NCBI RefSeq assembly: GCF_006345805.1
Contig: NC_043022.1
Location: 12,152,001 to 12,216,000, forward strand
DNA: 64,000 bases
Reading direction: 5' to 3'
Source: Octopus sinensis
Taxonomy: Eukaryota
The position numbers and the translations under genes were made by a program. Positions 1 to 12,826 of this stretch are shown here, in pieces. The notes under the pieces are model-generated. The model had not been told where the DNA came from and made no database searches. It was given only the letters and a program-made list of their open reading frames with translations. Each line of letters opens with the position of its first letter. Position 1 is the stretch's first letter.

Positions 1-153
1 CTGGAGTTTGGTGCAGCTCCCCGGCTTGCCAGCTCTGGTCAGACTGGACAACCCATGCCAACATGGACAATAATGATATGGAAGACAGACGATATATATA
101 TATATATATATATATCAAATGAAATAAATGAAAAACAGGACGCAAAGGATTTT

Positions 154-246
154 GCGGTACATATGTTTCGGGCTTTATAGAACAACTTATTCTTACATCA
201 ATGCATAATTGATATAATAGATAGATCAAAAGCCTTCTTCAGCCGC
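154..246 (-). ncRNA. Type I minimal hammerhead ribozyme motif (Penelope-like)
   Basis: Minus strand reads GCGG-CUGAAGA-A-GGCUUU(loop)AAAGCC-C-GAAA-C-AUAU-G-UA-CCGC: stem I GCGG/CCGC, intact core, stem II, 2-bp stem III with palindromic AUAU loop, GUA cleavage triplet. Confidence 0.7.
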
Positions 247-1169
247 GTACAATTGCTACACCAAAGACTTGTATCACATTATAAAAGGTTTGAGAAAAAA
301 ACCGAGTTTCATTCGGAAAGTATGTTTGTAAATCTTCATAGGCGTACGTGGTATTGTTAGACTCCAAAACAAATCGTCCACACCGTTTTTTCATTCGATA
401 TAGAATATATATATATATATGTATGTGTGTGTATAATGTCCATAGAATAGGAACAATCTGTGTCAGTTTTTGACAATTTTGTGGGGGCCAGGTTGGGTAG
501 GACTGTATTCAGAAGTTATCCAGAATAGTTTGTCTGTCTGTCTGTCATTGTTCTGTTCAAGTTCTGCAATATCTCACTGCAGCCTCTGTGTTCTTGCTTG
601 AAGTTTTGGTGCTTACTCTTGTACAACATCATCTCTGTCCGACGATGGCTTTGAAAAACTTTAACAAACAACACACTCTTACATCATGGTCTAATTACTT
701 ACAATTTCGTAGTGGTAGTGTAGAATTAGTGTCGTAGCTATAGTTACTTCCTCTCCCCCTCTGCTTCTTCTTCTTCTTCTTAGCAGGAAGTCTAGATGCT
801 GTGATGTTGGGAGTGATGGCGGCGGTGGTGGTGGTGGGTGCTGGCATCTACTGTAGAGATCAAAAATAGAATTGAAGGCAGGAAATCTGATAGCTGAACT
901 TGGTTACTTTTTCTTTATATTAAAATTTTTTTTTATCGTTTATATTGCTGGGAGGACGTATGCATGCTTGTGTGTATGGCATACATACATTCATTTATAT
1001 ATATATATATATAAAATAAACATTGGAGCTGTTCCCTACCCCTGCATAGAAATTGTTGGTGGTACTCAGAGGTATTGCAAGCTCTTCTGAATTGATTGCA
1101 ATTCTGCATCATCAGCAGGTATCTCAGGGTCACAAGTACTTTGTCGCCTTAGCCTCTAGGCTTCACCAA

Positions 1170-1330
1170 CTTAAGGGTTTCACCTGCAATCTTTTGCCAG
1201 CCATGGCCAGTTTGAACTATTTTCACTGCTGTTCCTATTTCCTTGGTGGCTTTTTTCAGTTGTTTGGATTCTAGTCCAAATCTTCCGTGTTTGGATTGCT
1301 CTAGTATTTCTACAGGAAACACACCAACCC
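1170..1330 (-). mobile_element. Possible decayed 3' fragment of an RLE-type (HERO/NeSL-like) non-LTR retrotransposon
   Basis: Minus translation VFPVEI...FGLESKQLKKATKEIGTAV, then frameshifted SNWPWLAKD, resembles the C-terminus of this clade as recalled from memory. Confidence 0.3.
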
Positions 1331-1861
1331 AGCAGGGAAGGTGACTTCAATCTAACACACTTGATGCAAATATGTCATTGAAAAGCAAATTTAATGCAGT
1401 ACGTGTCTGGAGATAATATCTCTTTTTTTTTTTTAAGTGCTGTGTTTAAAAACACAATGTATATCCAAATGAGACATGGGCTACTACAAAAAGGAGCACC
1501 AACTGGCTTTGACAAGAAGGGCCAGGGAAAAATCTGTGCTAGGAATATTGTTAAGAGAGAGCATATTTGAAAGATAATTCTAGAATGGATTGGAGTGAAC
1601 GATGTGATCACAGAGTACCAAAAGCACAAGTTCTTCTGGACCGGACAGAGGAACACCTGTTACAGACAACAGGTGGACCCATGCAGTTGCCGAGTGGTAC
1701 CCAAGAGATCAGAAAGGGCCACTTGGAAGATCTCCATGGTGATGAGAAGACAATGTGATCAAGCAGTTTGGGTCAAGGTGGAGAAGGATGGTGCAATTGA
1801 CACAAAATTGGGAGCACATTGTGATGGTGTAGTTGATGCTGTGAAATTGGAGTCAGAGATG

Positions 1862-1950
1862 AAAATCATTTCGGCTGTTTTCGTTATGCTAGCACCTGCC
1901 ATACGAGCACCAATAATTTGACCTCTTTGACTGTCTGATTGATCTGTCAT
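1862..1950 (-). mobile_element. Tc1-like transposase N-terminal fragment
   Basis: MTDQSDSQRGQIIGARMAGASITKTAE matches the Tc1 HTH start pattern (DLSDFQRGQIVGARLAGASVTKTA); similarity stops after about 30 aa. Confidence 0.65.
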
Positions 1951-2104
1951 TTTAATTAAGTTTAATTACATTTTTCTGATGATATCTAAAAAAAAAAAAA
2001 AAAAAGCAGCTATTTTAGCAAAACATTAAGCAACACTAATAATAAATCAAAACGCATAAAAATAAACATGCTAGGTGTTTCCGTTATTTTGTCCAACCTC
2101 TGTA

Positions 2105-2143
<39 letters not shown>

Positions 2144-2303
2144 TTTTTTTTTTTCTCTCCTTGTTTTTTTCTGTGTATCTTTCTGTCGAAGAGCATAGGC
2201 TCGAAACGTAAAAGACTTTTTCTATTCCTGAGCGCTATACTAATACCTTTGTTTGTTTGTACTCCACCTACCTTTGTCTTTTGTTTATTTTTGTAAACTT
2301 TCC

Positions 2304-2347
<44 letters not shown>

Positions 2348-2744
2348 GTATGTATGTATGTGCATGTGTGTATGTATGCACAAGTACCCCATAAATATGC
2401 ATACATCTTTGGTCTCTGGTTAGATAATGCATTATCTTGTCACAGTCTCTTTTCCTACAACAGTAACCCTTGTGTTGGGAGTTACTTCCCCCCTAGCACC
2501 ACCTTTCTAAGGGTCTCTGCAATAAAAGGTGTAAAGCACTGAACTTCACCCCTTTAACAAAAATAGAGTCTTCTCTCTCTAAAATATTCTGAGATAGAAT
2601 CTGTAAACTGAAAACCTGGTTTTATGGATTAACTGGTAAGACTTGAATACAAATGCTTGGATCTGTTCTTTTTTTTCTTCTTTTTTTTTGTTTTCCGTCC
2701 ATCTGCTGTTTATTAATGTTTTCCTCTCTTTTCTTGTTTCAGTG

Positions 2745-2891
2745 ATGGAAGACAGCGGAGCTATGGCCGCGACAGCTGGTGGTGGCGGTGGTGCTACAGC
2801 TGGCCAGGTAATGACTGGACCTCATGAAGTAAAGACTGCTGGTGTTCCTCTCAGTGATTTCATTCTTCAGTTAGAAGACTACACAACAACA
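2745..2891 (+). CDS. TAF10: TAF10 coding exon 1
   Basis: Acceptor AG at 2741-2742 (implies an upstream non-coding exon), ATG at 2745, donor GTCAGT at 2892, phase 0. Confidence 0.9.
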
Positions 2892-2925
2892 GTCAGTACA
2901 AACTTTCGTTTATCCTCTCACCCTT

Positions 2926-2958
<33 letters not shown>

Positions 2959-3272
2959 TATCTCTCTATCTATCTTGCTATCAACCTGTTAGCCTACCTA
3001 TCTTATCTCTCTCTCTATATATATATGTGTGTATGTGTGTATATATATATGTGTGTGTATATATATACATGTGTGTATATATATACATGTGTGTGTATAT
3101 ATATACATGTGTCTGTATATATATACGTGTGTGTATATATATACATGTGTGTGTATATATATACGTGTGCGTATATATATATGTGTGTGGTTATATATAT
3201 ATATGTGTGTGTGTATATATATATATATGTGTGTGTATATATATGTGTGTGTGTGTGTTATATGTGTGTGTG

Positions 3273-3310
<38 letters not shown>

Positions 3311-5790
3311 CGGGGTGGGTGGCGTGTGTCTGTGTGTGTCAAAAAAGACCTTTATCGTGATGTGACAATATGTAAAAACATTTTGACAACAGAAATATTT
3401 GTTTACTATATCATCCTCATTATCATTTTACATCTGGGGTGGTGGGTGAGTAGATGGGTTTGATATATAATGTACATGAACTTTAGGTTAGTTGAAATAT
3501 GTTTGGACATATTTTAACTTCTAAGGGCAACTTCATTGCAGTTACCACGGAGAAGAAATTCTTACTATGGCAAAAGATGTAAAAACCACCTTCATTTGCT
3601 CAGTGTCTCCCCCTAGCAGACTCTTAGATGTGTTTCTAGCTTATGATTCTGGGTTCAGTTCCTGTTCCTTGCCTTGCAAGTGACTTGGTGACCCTACCAA
3701 TGCTGGTGTCACGTAAAAAGCATCCAGTCCACATTGTAAAGTGGTTGACATTTGGAAGGGCATCCAGCTGTAAAAACCTTGCCAAAACTGACCTGTCCTG
3801 CGTTGGTGCCACGTAAAAAGCACTCAGTCCACTCTTTGGGGTGGTCGATGTTAGGAAGGGCATCAAGCTGTAAAAACTTTGCCAAAACTGACCTGTCCTG
3901 CGTTGGTGCCACGTAAAAAGCACTCAGTCCTCTCTGCTGGGTAGTCGATGTTAGGAAGGGCATCCAGCTGTAAAAACTTTGCCAAAACTGACCTGTCCTG
4001 CGTTGGTGCCACGTAAAAAGCACTCAGTCCTCTCTGCTGGGTAGTCGATGTTAGGAAGGGCATCCAGCTGTAAAAACCTTGCCAAAACTGACCTGTCCTG
4101 CGTTGGTGCCACGTAAAAAGCACTCAGTCCTCTCTGCTGGGTAGTCGATGTTAGGAAGGGCATCCAGCTGTAAAAACCTTGCCAAAACTGACCTGTCCTG
4201 CGTTGGTGCCACGTAAAAAGCACTCAGTCCTCTCTGCTGGGTAGTCGATGTTAGGAAGGGCATCCAGCTGTAAAAACCTTGCCAAAACTGACCTGTCCTG
4301 CGTTGGTGCCACGTAAAAAGCACTCAGTCCTCTCTGCTGGGTAGTCGATGTTAGGAAGGGCATCCAGCTGTAAAAACCTTGCCAAAACTGACCTGTCCTG
4401 CGTTGGTGCCACGTAAAAAGCACTCAGTCTCTCTGCTGGGTAGTCGATGTTAGGAAGGGCATCCAGCTGTAAAAACCTTGCCAAAAACTGACTGTCCTGC
4501 GTTGGTGCCACGTAAAAAGCACTCAGTCTCTCTGCTGGGTAGTCGATGTTAGGAGGGCATCCAGCTGTAAAAACCTGCCAAAACTGACCTGTCCTGCGTT
4601 GGTGCCACGTAAAAAGCACTCAGTCCTCTCTGCTGGGTAGTCGATGTTAGGAAGGGCATCCAGCTGTAAAAACCTTGCCAAAACTGACCTGTCCTGCGTT
4701 GGTGCCACGTAAAAAGCACTCAGTCCTCTCTGCTGGGTAGTCGATGTTAGGAAGGGCATCCAGCTGTAAAAACTTTGCCAAAACTGACCTGTCCTGCGTT
4801 GGTGCCACGTAAAAAGCACTCAGTCCACTCTTTGGGGTAGTCGATGTTATGAAGGGCATCCAGCTGTAAAAACCCTGCCAAAACAGACACGGAAGTCTGG
4901 TGCAGTCTTTTGCCTGGCTAGCCCCTGTCAAACTGTCCTATCCATGCCAGCATGGAAGGTGGACATTAAACTGTGATGATGATGATGGTGATGATATTAA
5001 CATCTATATGTTCAAAGGAGGCACAGACATGGCTGTGTGGTGAAGAAGTTTGTTTCCCAACCACATGGTTTTGGGTTCAGTCCCACTCTGGAACATAGAG
5101 CAAGTATCTTCTGCTGTAGGCATCCTCACCTTTCTTAGTAGATAGAAACTGAAAGAAGCCTGTTGTGTGTGTGTGTGTGTGTGTTTGTGCCTCTTTGCCA
5201 TGACCTTGTGTGATAGTTGTAAGCGAGGGTCACTGTCACACTCTTTCACAATGTCATTCGTTTCCAATTTCCCACGAAAACCTGTCTACTCATGAGGAAA
5301 TATTACCTTGCTTGGAAACAAGGGAGGGCTTTCAACAGGAAGGGCCTCTGGCTGTAGAAAATATGCCTCAACCAATCCTGTCTGCCCCATGCAGACATGG
5401 AGAGAGGACATTAAAGCAATAAGGATGATGATCATGATGATATTCAAAACAGGTTCTAATTAAAACTTTATAAGTTTTATTAATGTTACTTTTTCACACC
5501 CCATTCTGAAGTAATCTGTGCCCTCCGAAAATGTTACCATATCCCACATTTGGGGGGATTACCCCTATCTTGAATGTGGCCAACACTATCTGTCCTGCCA
5601 ATCCCAGACAGCAAATCGTTGGTCCTGCTTATTTAGTATTGTATGTCCTAATTAACTAAGTTAATGATAAAAATTCTACACTTTCAGGAGTGGGAGTGGC
5701 TGTGTGGTAAGTAGCTTGCTTACCAACCACATGGTTCTGGGTTCAGTCACACTGTGTGGCACCTTGGGCAAGTGTCGTCTACTATATAGC

Positions 5791-5821
<31 letters not shown>

Positions 5822-8800
5822 ATTTTCCCTCCACCATCGTTTGACAACTGATGTTGGTGTGTTTACGTCCCCATAAGTTAGCGGTTCAGCAAAAGAGACC
5901 AATAGAATAAGTATTAGGCTTACAAAGTATAAGTCCTGGGGTCGATTTACTCGACTAAAGGCGATGCCCCAGTATGACCACAGTCAAATGACTGAAAGAA
6001 GTAAAAGACTGAAAGAGTAATTGTTGTGATATTACCTGAATTAATTAAATTAACTAATCTGTTAGACTTTCTTTTTCACCACAGATCCCAGACTCCGTCA
6101 CAGCCTATTACCTTAATCGAGCCGGCTTTGATGCCTGTGACCCTCGAATGTGAGTAGCCCATAGTTTTTCTCTCATCTTTTATTTAATTCTATTCCAACC
6201 ATTTTTCTACAGACATGCACTGCTTTTGTCTCAATTGACATTGTAAAATAATGAAGAATTTATTCCATTAACTTTGTTGTTATTGAGCAGGCATTTGGAA
6301 CATAAATTAACACAAAATGAACTTTTTTCTGACTATATTTTTGTAGACATAACTCTGCCTTTGTTTCAGTTAATTTTGTGAAGTAATGAAATATAAATAT
6401 ATATACAGGGTGATTCAAAAGTCACCATGCATATGAACAATTTATTTTTTTTAAAAAGTAAAAAATAAATGCGCCCTTTTAAAGCCTAGTCAGGCTCATG
6501 AGCCCGGTTTCCCGGTTTCTATGGCATATGTGTTCCCTAGCTGGACGGGACGCCAGTCCATTGCAGTGTTACTCATTTTTGCCAGCTGAGTGGATTGGAG
6601 CAACATGAAATGAAGTGTTTTGCTCAAGAACAAAACGCATCGTCCTGTCCAGGAATCGAAACCACAATCTTACAATCATGATGCTGACACCCTAACCACT
6701 AAGCCATGTGCCTCCACAATTTTTTTTTATAAGAAACAGTTTTTTTTTTATTTAACTGTTTCTTATAAAAAAATAAATTTTTCCTATGTATTGCGACTTT
6801 TGAATCACCCTGGTGGCACATAAAAAGCATCATCCGTTCATGTCCATTGCCAGCCTCGCCTGGCCCCCGTGCCAGTGGCACATAAAAGCACCATCCGTTC
6901 GTGGCCGTTTGCCAGCTCTGTTTGGCACCTGTGCGGGTGGCACGTAAAAAGCACCCACTACACTCACGGAGTGGTTGGCGTTAGGAAGGGCATCCAGCCG
7001 TAGAAACACTGCCAGATCAGACTGGGCCTGATGAAGCCTTTCGGCTTCACAGACCCCAGTTGAACCGTCCAACCCATGCTAGCATGGAAAACGGACGCTA
7101 AATGATGATGATGATATTTTACATTAACTAATGAATGACAAAGGAACAGGTATTATGTAATCACCTTCAATATCTTACAGCTGCTTCTTCTATAAGAAAC
7201 ATTACATCACAGTTGAGTGTACACACATCATTGTCATCATCATTTAACGCCAGTTTTCCATGCTGGCATGGGTTGGACGGTTTGACGATTTGACTGAGGT
7301 CTGGAAAGCCAGCAGCTGCACCAGGCCCCAATCTACAGCTGGATGCCCTTCCTAACGCCAACCACTCTGAGAGTGTAGTGGGTTCTTTTAATGTGCCACT
7401 GACACAGGAGCCAGCCAGGGGGCCCTGGTATCGATCACATTCAGATGGTGCTTTTTATGTGCCACCGGCAGCTTTTTACGTGCCACCAGTATGGGAGCCA
7501 GTCAGGTGGACTTGGCATTGACTACATTCAGATGGTGCTTTTTATGTGCCACCGGCATGGGAGCCAGTCATGGGGAACTAGCATCGACCACGTTCGGATG
7601 GTGCTTTTTACGTGCCACTGACACAGGAGCCAGTCAAGGGGCACTGGCATTGACCACATACTTATATACACACACACATATATATGACACATTCCTCTCA
7701 GTTTCTGTCAACCAAATTCATTCATAAATGTTTGGCCAACCCAGTGCTATAATAGACAACTCTTGCACAAGGTGCCATACAGTAGGACTGAACCCCAAAC
7801 CATGGGGTTAGAAAGCAGGCATCTTAACCACACAACCATGTTTGTACCTATTACACATACAAGCACATACATTCTAGCTTAATAAAAGACAGCATGGTCA
7901 TAGGTGGAATGCATTTGATCATAGACCTACTGGATCCAGTTTGACCTGGGGCTAAACAACAACACCACCAGCAACAAAAACACCATCAATATCAACAACA
8001 ATTACAACACTAAATTTCCAAGACCTTCAGTTGGTCAAACTTTCTAGAATAATGTCGTAATTAATGAGTAAAATACATCTTTGTTTGACTTTAATTAAAC
8101 TAATCAATGGGTTTATTACTAGATATTAATTAAACAGTCTAAACTTAATGACTTTCATTAACTCCACTTGTTAATTACATTGTTACTCTGGGTGGAATAG
8201 CATCCATTTGGTAGGTAGATCTCCCATCAGCTGTGTGTGTGTGTGGGGGGGGGATGTGCATACGTGCAGCGACCTTCCATCGGGTATATGTGTGACATCC
8301 CATCAGGTACGTGTGTGAGACCTCCAATCAGCTGTGTGCATGCATGCAGCGACCTTCCATCGGGTAGCCCTAGATACACTGTACTTGAATGAAAGATAGG
8401 TTGGCCGTATTTGGAATGTCTTCAATAAAGGTTGATCTGGAACTAAAGAACAGCAGCAACAAGAGGAGACACATTTAGAATATTTAGTCCTAGATACACT
8501 ATGAAAAAATGATGGGGTGATCATGGCTAGAACATCTTTGATCGTAGTTTTATGCTAGAGTAGTACTGACCAAGGACTAGACAGTGACAAACAATGATAC
8601 ATTAGATTATTGTAGTCCAAGGTGCATATGTCTGAATAAAAGATGGGATGGTCATGTCCAGAACACTTTTAATCATAAATTGATTGGGTCATAGCTGACC
8701 AGGGCTGAAACAATAAGAAAGAAGGTTAACATTAGATAATGTAGTCCGAGGCACACTTACATCTGCCTTGATCTAGTAAACCTATGATCTAAGACATTCC

Positions 8801-10410
8801 ATCCATGACAATCCCAAAGACTACACTATTTAGTGTTTTCGTCCTCACAGGCACAGGCCATGGCTGTGTGGCTAAGAAGTTTGCTTCCCAACTGCATGGC
8901 TTCAGGTTCAGTCCCGCTGCATGGAACCTTGGACATCTATATAGCTTGCAGACTGACCAAATCCTTGTGTGAGGAATCGATAGAAGGAAACTGAAAGAAG
9001 CCCATTGTGTGTGTGTGTGTGTGCATCTGACTCGTGCAAGTATGGAAAAGTGGACATAAAAATGATGATGATGACTGAAGACAGTTGAAGGATGATGTGG
9101 TTTGAAAAAAGACTGGTTGCTGTTTCTAGCAATCTGAGCTACCACATTGAAGCTGCTTCAGTAATTATTGATTCTAGTGTACCATCTGTGTCAGAACAGA
9201 AACAGATGGCAGCTATTTTAATGGTTGCTGCTGTTAAATCATTCTCCTAACCTTACCCCCCCCCCTGTTTATTACCATATTTCTCTTAACAATAACAACG
9301 GTAATATATTGTGCTCCCCACCTCCCCCCCCACATTGTACGTCTTTTAATTTACTTTGGAAGTAATTAATAATTTCGAAGGGATTTGTGACATTCAAACG
9401 AACTTTCTGTTTCATTATCAGACTGTGTGTTTGGAATAGGAGTTAAGCTTTAAAGAAAAAAAAGGGTTCTTTATTTAACATTGTGGTGGTGTTGGGAATG
9501 GTAGCAGAGACGGTTGTAGGATTAGTGGTGGTGATGGTTGTGGTAGAGGTGGTGGTGGTGGTAAATTTTAAAAAGGCGGCGAGCTGGCAGAAACGTTAGC
9601 ACGCCGGGCGAAATGCTTAGCGGTATTTCGTCTGCCATTACGTTGTGAGTTCAAATTCCACTGAGGTCGACTTTGCCTTTCATCCTTTCGGGGTCGATAA
9701 ATTAAGTACCAGTTACGCACTGGGGTCGATGTAATCGACTTAATACCTATGTCTGTCCTTGTTTGTCCCCTCTGTGTTTAGCCCCATGTGGGCAATAATG
9801 AAATAGGTAATTTTAAATATGGATTATCAAAAACTAAAAGTTTTAAATTGAAGTCCTAAAAGTTGTGGTTGTCTTGGGAAAATTTTAAGATTGGGGTATT
9901 GTGAAAGGTGGAGAAAGGGTACATATATATTGTACATACATACACACACACGCACGCACGCACACACATTTACCCCCACTTAAAAGTGGATGTTGTGTTA
10001 AAACACAGAATATTACAATCATCATCATCGTTTAGTGTCCACTTTCCATGCTAGCATGGGTTGGACGGTTCAACTGGGGTCTGGGAAGCCAGAAGGCTGC
10101 ACCTAGTCTGATCTGGCAGTGTTTCTACAGCAGGATGACCTTCCTAACGCCAACAACTCTGTGAGTGTAGTGGCTGCTTTTTACATGCCACTGGCACGGG
10201 GGCCAGGCGAGGCTGGCAACAGCCACGATCGGATGGTGCTTTTTACGTGCCACCGGCACGAGGCCAGTCGGGTCGGCACTGGCAACGGCCACGTTCGGAT
10301 GGTTTTCTTACGTACCACCGGCACTGGTATCAACAGCTGCAATTTCCATTACCATTTTTAAGTGGGGGATAAATATTACCTTTTGGTATTAATGCTTCTG
10401 CCCCTAATAA

Positions 10411-10451
<41 letters not shown>

Positions 10452-12766
10452 TAAATGCTGTGTGCCTGGTATTTCTGTCAGCTTGTTGGCAGTACTAGTT
10501 TTAGTAGAGACTTCATTAACTGATGACTTGGAACTATTATGATATAATCATCATATATTCCATTGTTGGTAATGAACGATGAAGGCGGCGGCGGTTGGCG
10601 GGGGTGGGGGGGGGAGAAAAGAGTGATAATGTAGAGAGGAGGGGAGAGGGAAAGACACACAGAGAGCGGCACGTACGTACATAGACACTCAATGTTTTTG
10701 TTTCACTCTAATAAAAGCTTGCATTAACAACTTTAAGGTCAGTGTTTGTTTGTGTGTGTGTGTGTGTCTGAATGAGTGTGTGATTGTATGCAACCAGTCA
10801 TTGCATGTGTGCGGTTGCATGTTTGTGCTCACGTGTAATTGTGTGCATATGACTTGTAACTCTGTGTGTGTGTGTGTGTGCAGCCTGTCATTGCATGTAT
10901 GTGTGTGTATGCTTGTATGTGACTTTTCACTTAGTAGATTGTTGTTGTAGTGGTGGTGGTTGTTGTGTGTTGTAATTAGTGTAAGTGGGTAGTGGTGGTG
11001 GTAGAGGTAGTTGCTGTGGTGATAGTAGTAGTAGTAGTAGTTGCTGTAGTGTTAGTAATTGTGGACATTTGTATTATTGGCTGTGTGGTGGCAGCAGTGG
11101 TGGTGTATTGGTACAGGTGGTAGTCATGACAGTAGCAGTAGTGGTACGACAGTGTGGTGGTGATAGCGATGGTATAGGTAGTGTATAAGGCGGCGAGCTG
11201 GCAGAAAGGTTAGCACGCCGGGCGAAATGCTTAGCGGTATTTCGTCTGCTGTTACGTTGTGAGTTCAAATTCCGCCGAGGTCGACTTTGCCTTTCATCCT
11301 TTTGGGGTCGATAAATTAAGTACCAGTTACGCACTGGGGTCGATGTAATTGACTTAATACCTATGTCTGTCCTTGTTTGTCCCCTCTGTGTTTAGCCCCT
11401 TGTGGGTAGTAAAGAAATAGGTATAGGTAGTGTATTGATAGTGGTAGTGATAATGTTAAGTCTGCCCAGCTTGACTCTTCTTGAACTAAAACCCTCAGGG
11501 ACCTTATTGAAATACTGAATCAACCCACCCAAAATGCCAAACTCCTTGTTGATCTTTGGCATGTTTGGGGTCCACTACTGCCCTTTGTTTTCCCTCATGC
11601 TACTTCCTGATTTAGCAAACCTTCACCCAAATACCCTCCGACCTTGACATTTATTTTCTGTCTTTCAGGTGAAGCATATACAGAATTCTATTATTAATTG
11701 AGTCCTTTAACCCTTTTGTTACCAACCCGGCTGAAACCATCTCTAGCTCTGAGTACAAATGTCTTGTTTTCAAAAGTTTTTAATTAAAATCTCCCACCAA
11801 ACCTTAGTCACAATTTATGTCCCTAACTCTAGCTGAATGATAACTAAGTTATTTTACTAAATTCTTTGTTATATTTAAAGTAATTGAAAGAAACACAGAG
11901 CATCTCAAAATAAATACAGTAACGAAAGGGTTAAGACAGTAATGTGTGAGTTGTGTGAGATTTGGCTGCTATTTCTAGCAGGTTGAATGTCCATATAGAG
12001 GCTCCTTCTTGGGCTGATAAAATGGCTAAATACAGCAACGTTGCCAGTAGAGACTGGAACTTGATATCGTAGATCCCTATTGTTGTTTGCCTTTGTTTTT
12101 CATCCCCACCCCAGCACATATGGGCCTTAATCAAAGGTCCTTAATCAAAGGTCATTTCAGTCATGAGTATCCTGTTCATTCATCATTGTTTAAACACCTG
12201 CTTTTCTATCCTTGCATAGGTCAGGCAGAAATCATTGAAACAGAATTTCTTTGGCCAGGTGTGTCCTTCCTGTTGCCAACCCTTGTCTGTTTTTCAAGTA
12301 AGGTGACGTTCCCCTGTGGACAGGCACGTTTTCTTGAATGACTGGAAATGAATGAATACCTTGTGTTGTGGTGATACTTGTTTCACAACCCTGCAATGTC
12401 AAGATAAGGAGATAGAAACACACATACACATACGTATGCTCACACACACACTCACACATGAACACACCAGGCTTCTTTCAGTTTCAATCTTCCAAAACTA
12501 CTCTCAAGATTTTGGTCAGCCCAGAGCCAGAGTAGAATAACACAATGTCACACAGAGTATACTCTTTTACTCTTGTTTCTGTCATTTGACTGCAGCCATG
12601 CTGGAGCACTGCCTTTAGTCGAGCAAATTGACCCCGGGACTTATTCTTTGTAAGCCCAGTACTTATTCTATCAGTCTCTTTTGCCGAACCGGGGACGTAA
12701 ACACACCAGCACCGCTTGTCAAGCAATGCTAGAGGGACAAACACAGACACACAAATATATACACAC

Positions 12767-12826
<60 letters not shown>

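Noticed and set aside
425-690. Possible mariner N-terminal remnant
   Set aside because: Only a few residues resemble the family; no TIR found
2883-2891. TAF10 YTTT instead of the usual YTPT
   Set aside because: Single substitution in an ACA run; cannot separate a real change from a base error
2998-3463. YI/VC-rich ORFs (also 22854-23906, 44610-44903, 60894-62097)
   Set aside because: Translations of dinucleotide microsatellites
4420-4620. Variant 97-99 bp units inside the tandem array
   Set aside because: Single-base indels, several in short homopolymers, are consistent with long-read consensus error
3636-4931. Series of near-identical ORFs ([13 protein letters not shown]...) and a CRISPR-like look
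   Set aside because: Product of a 100-bp period in SINE-derived DNA; no unique spacers, no cas genes, eukaryotic context
8220-8370. Short direct duplication (gcagcgaccttccatcgggta twice)
   Set aside because: Ordinary local tandem duplication with no further structure
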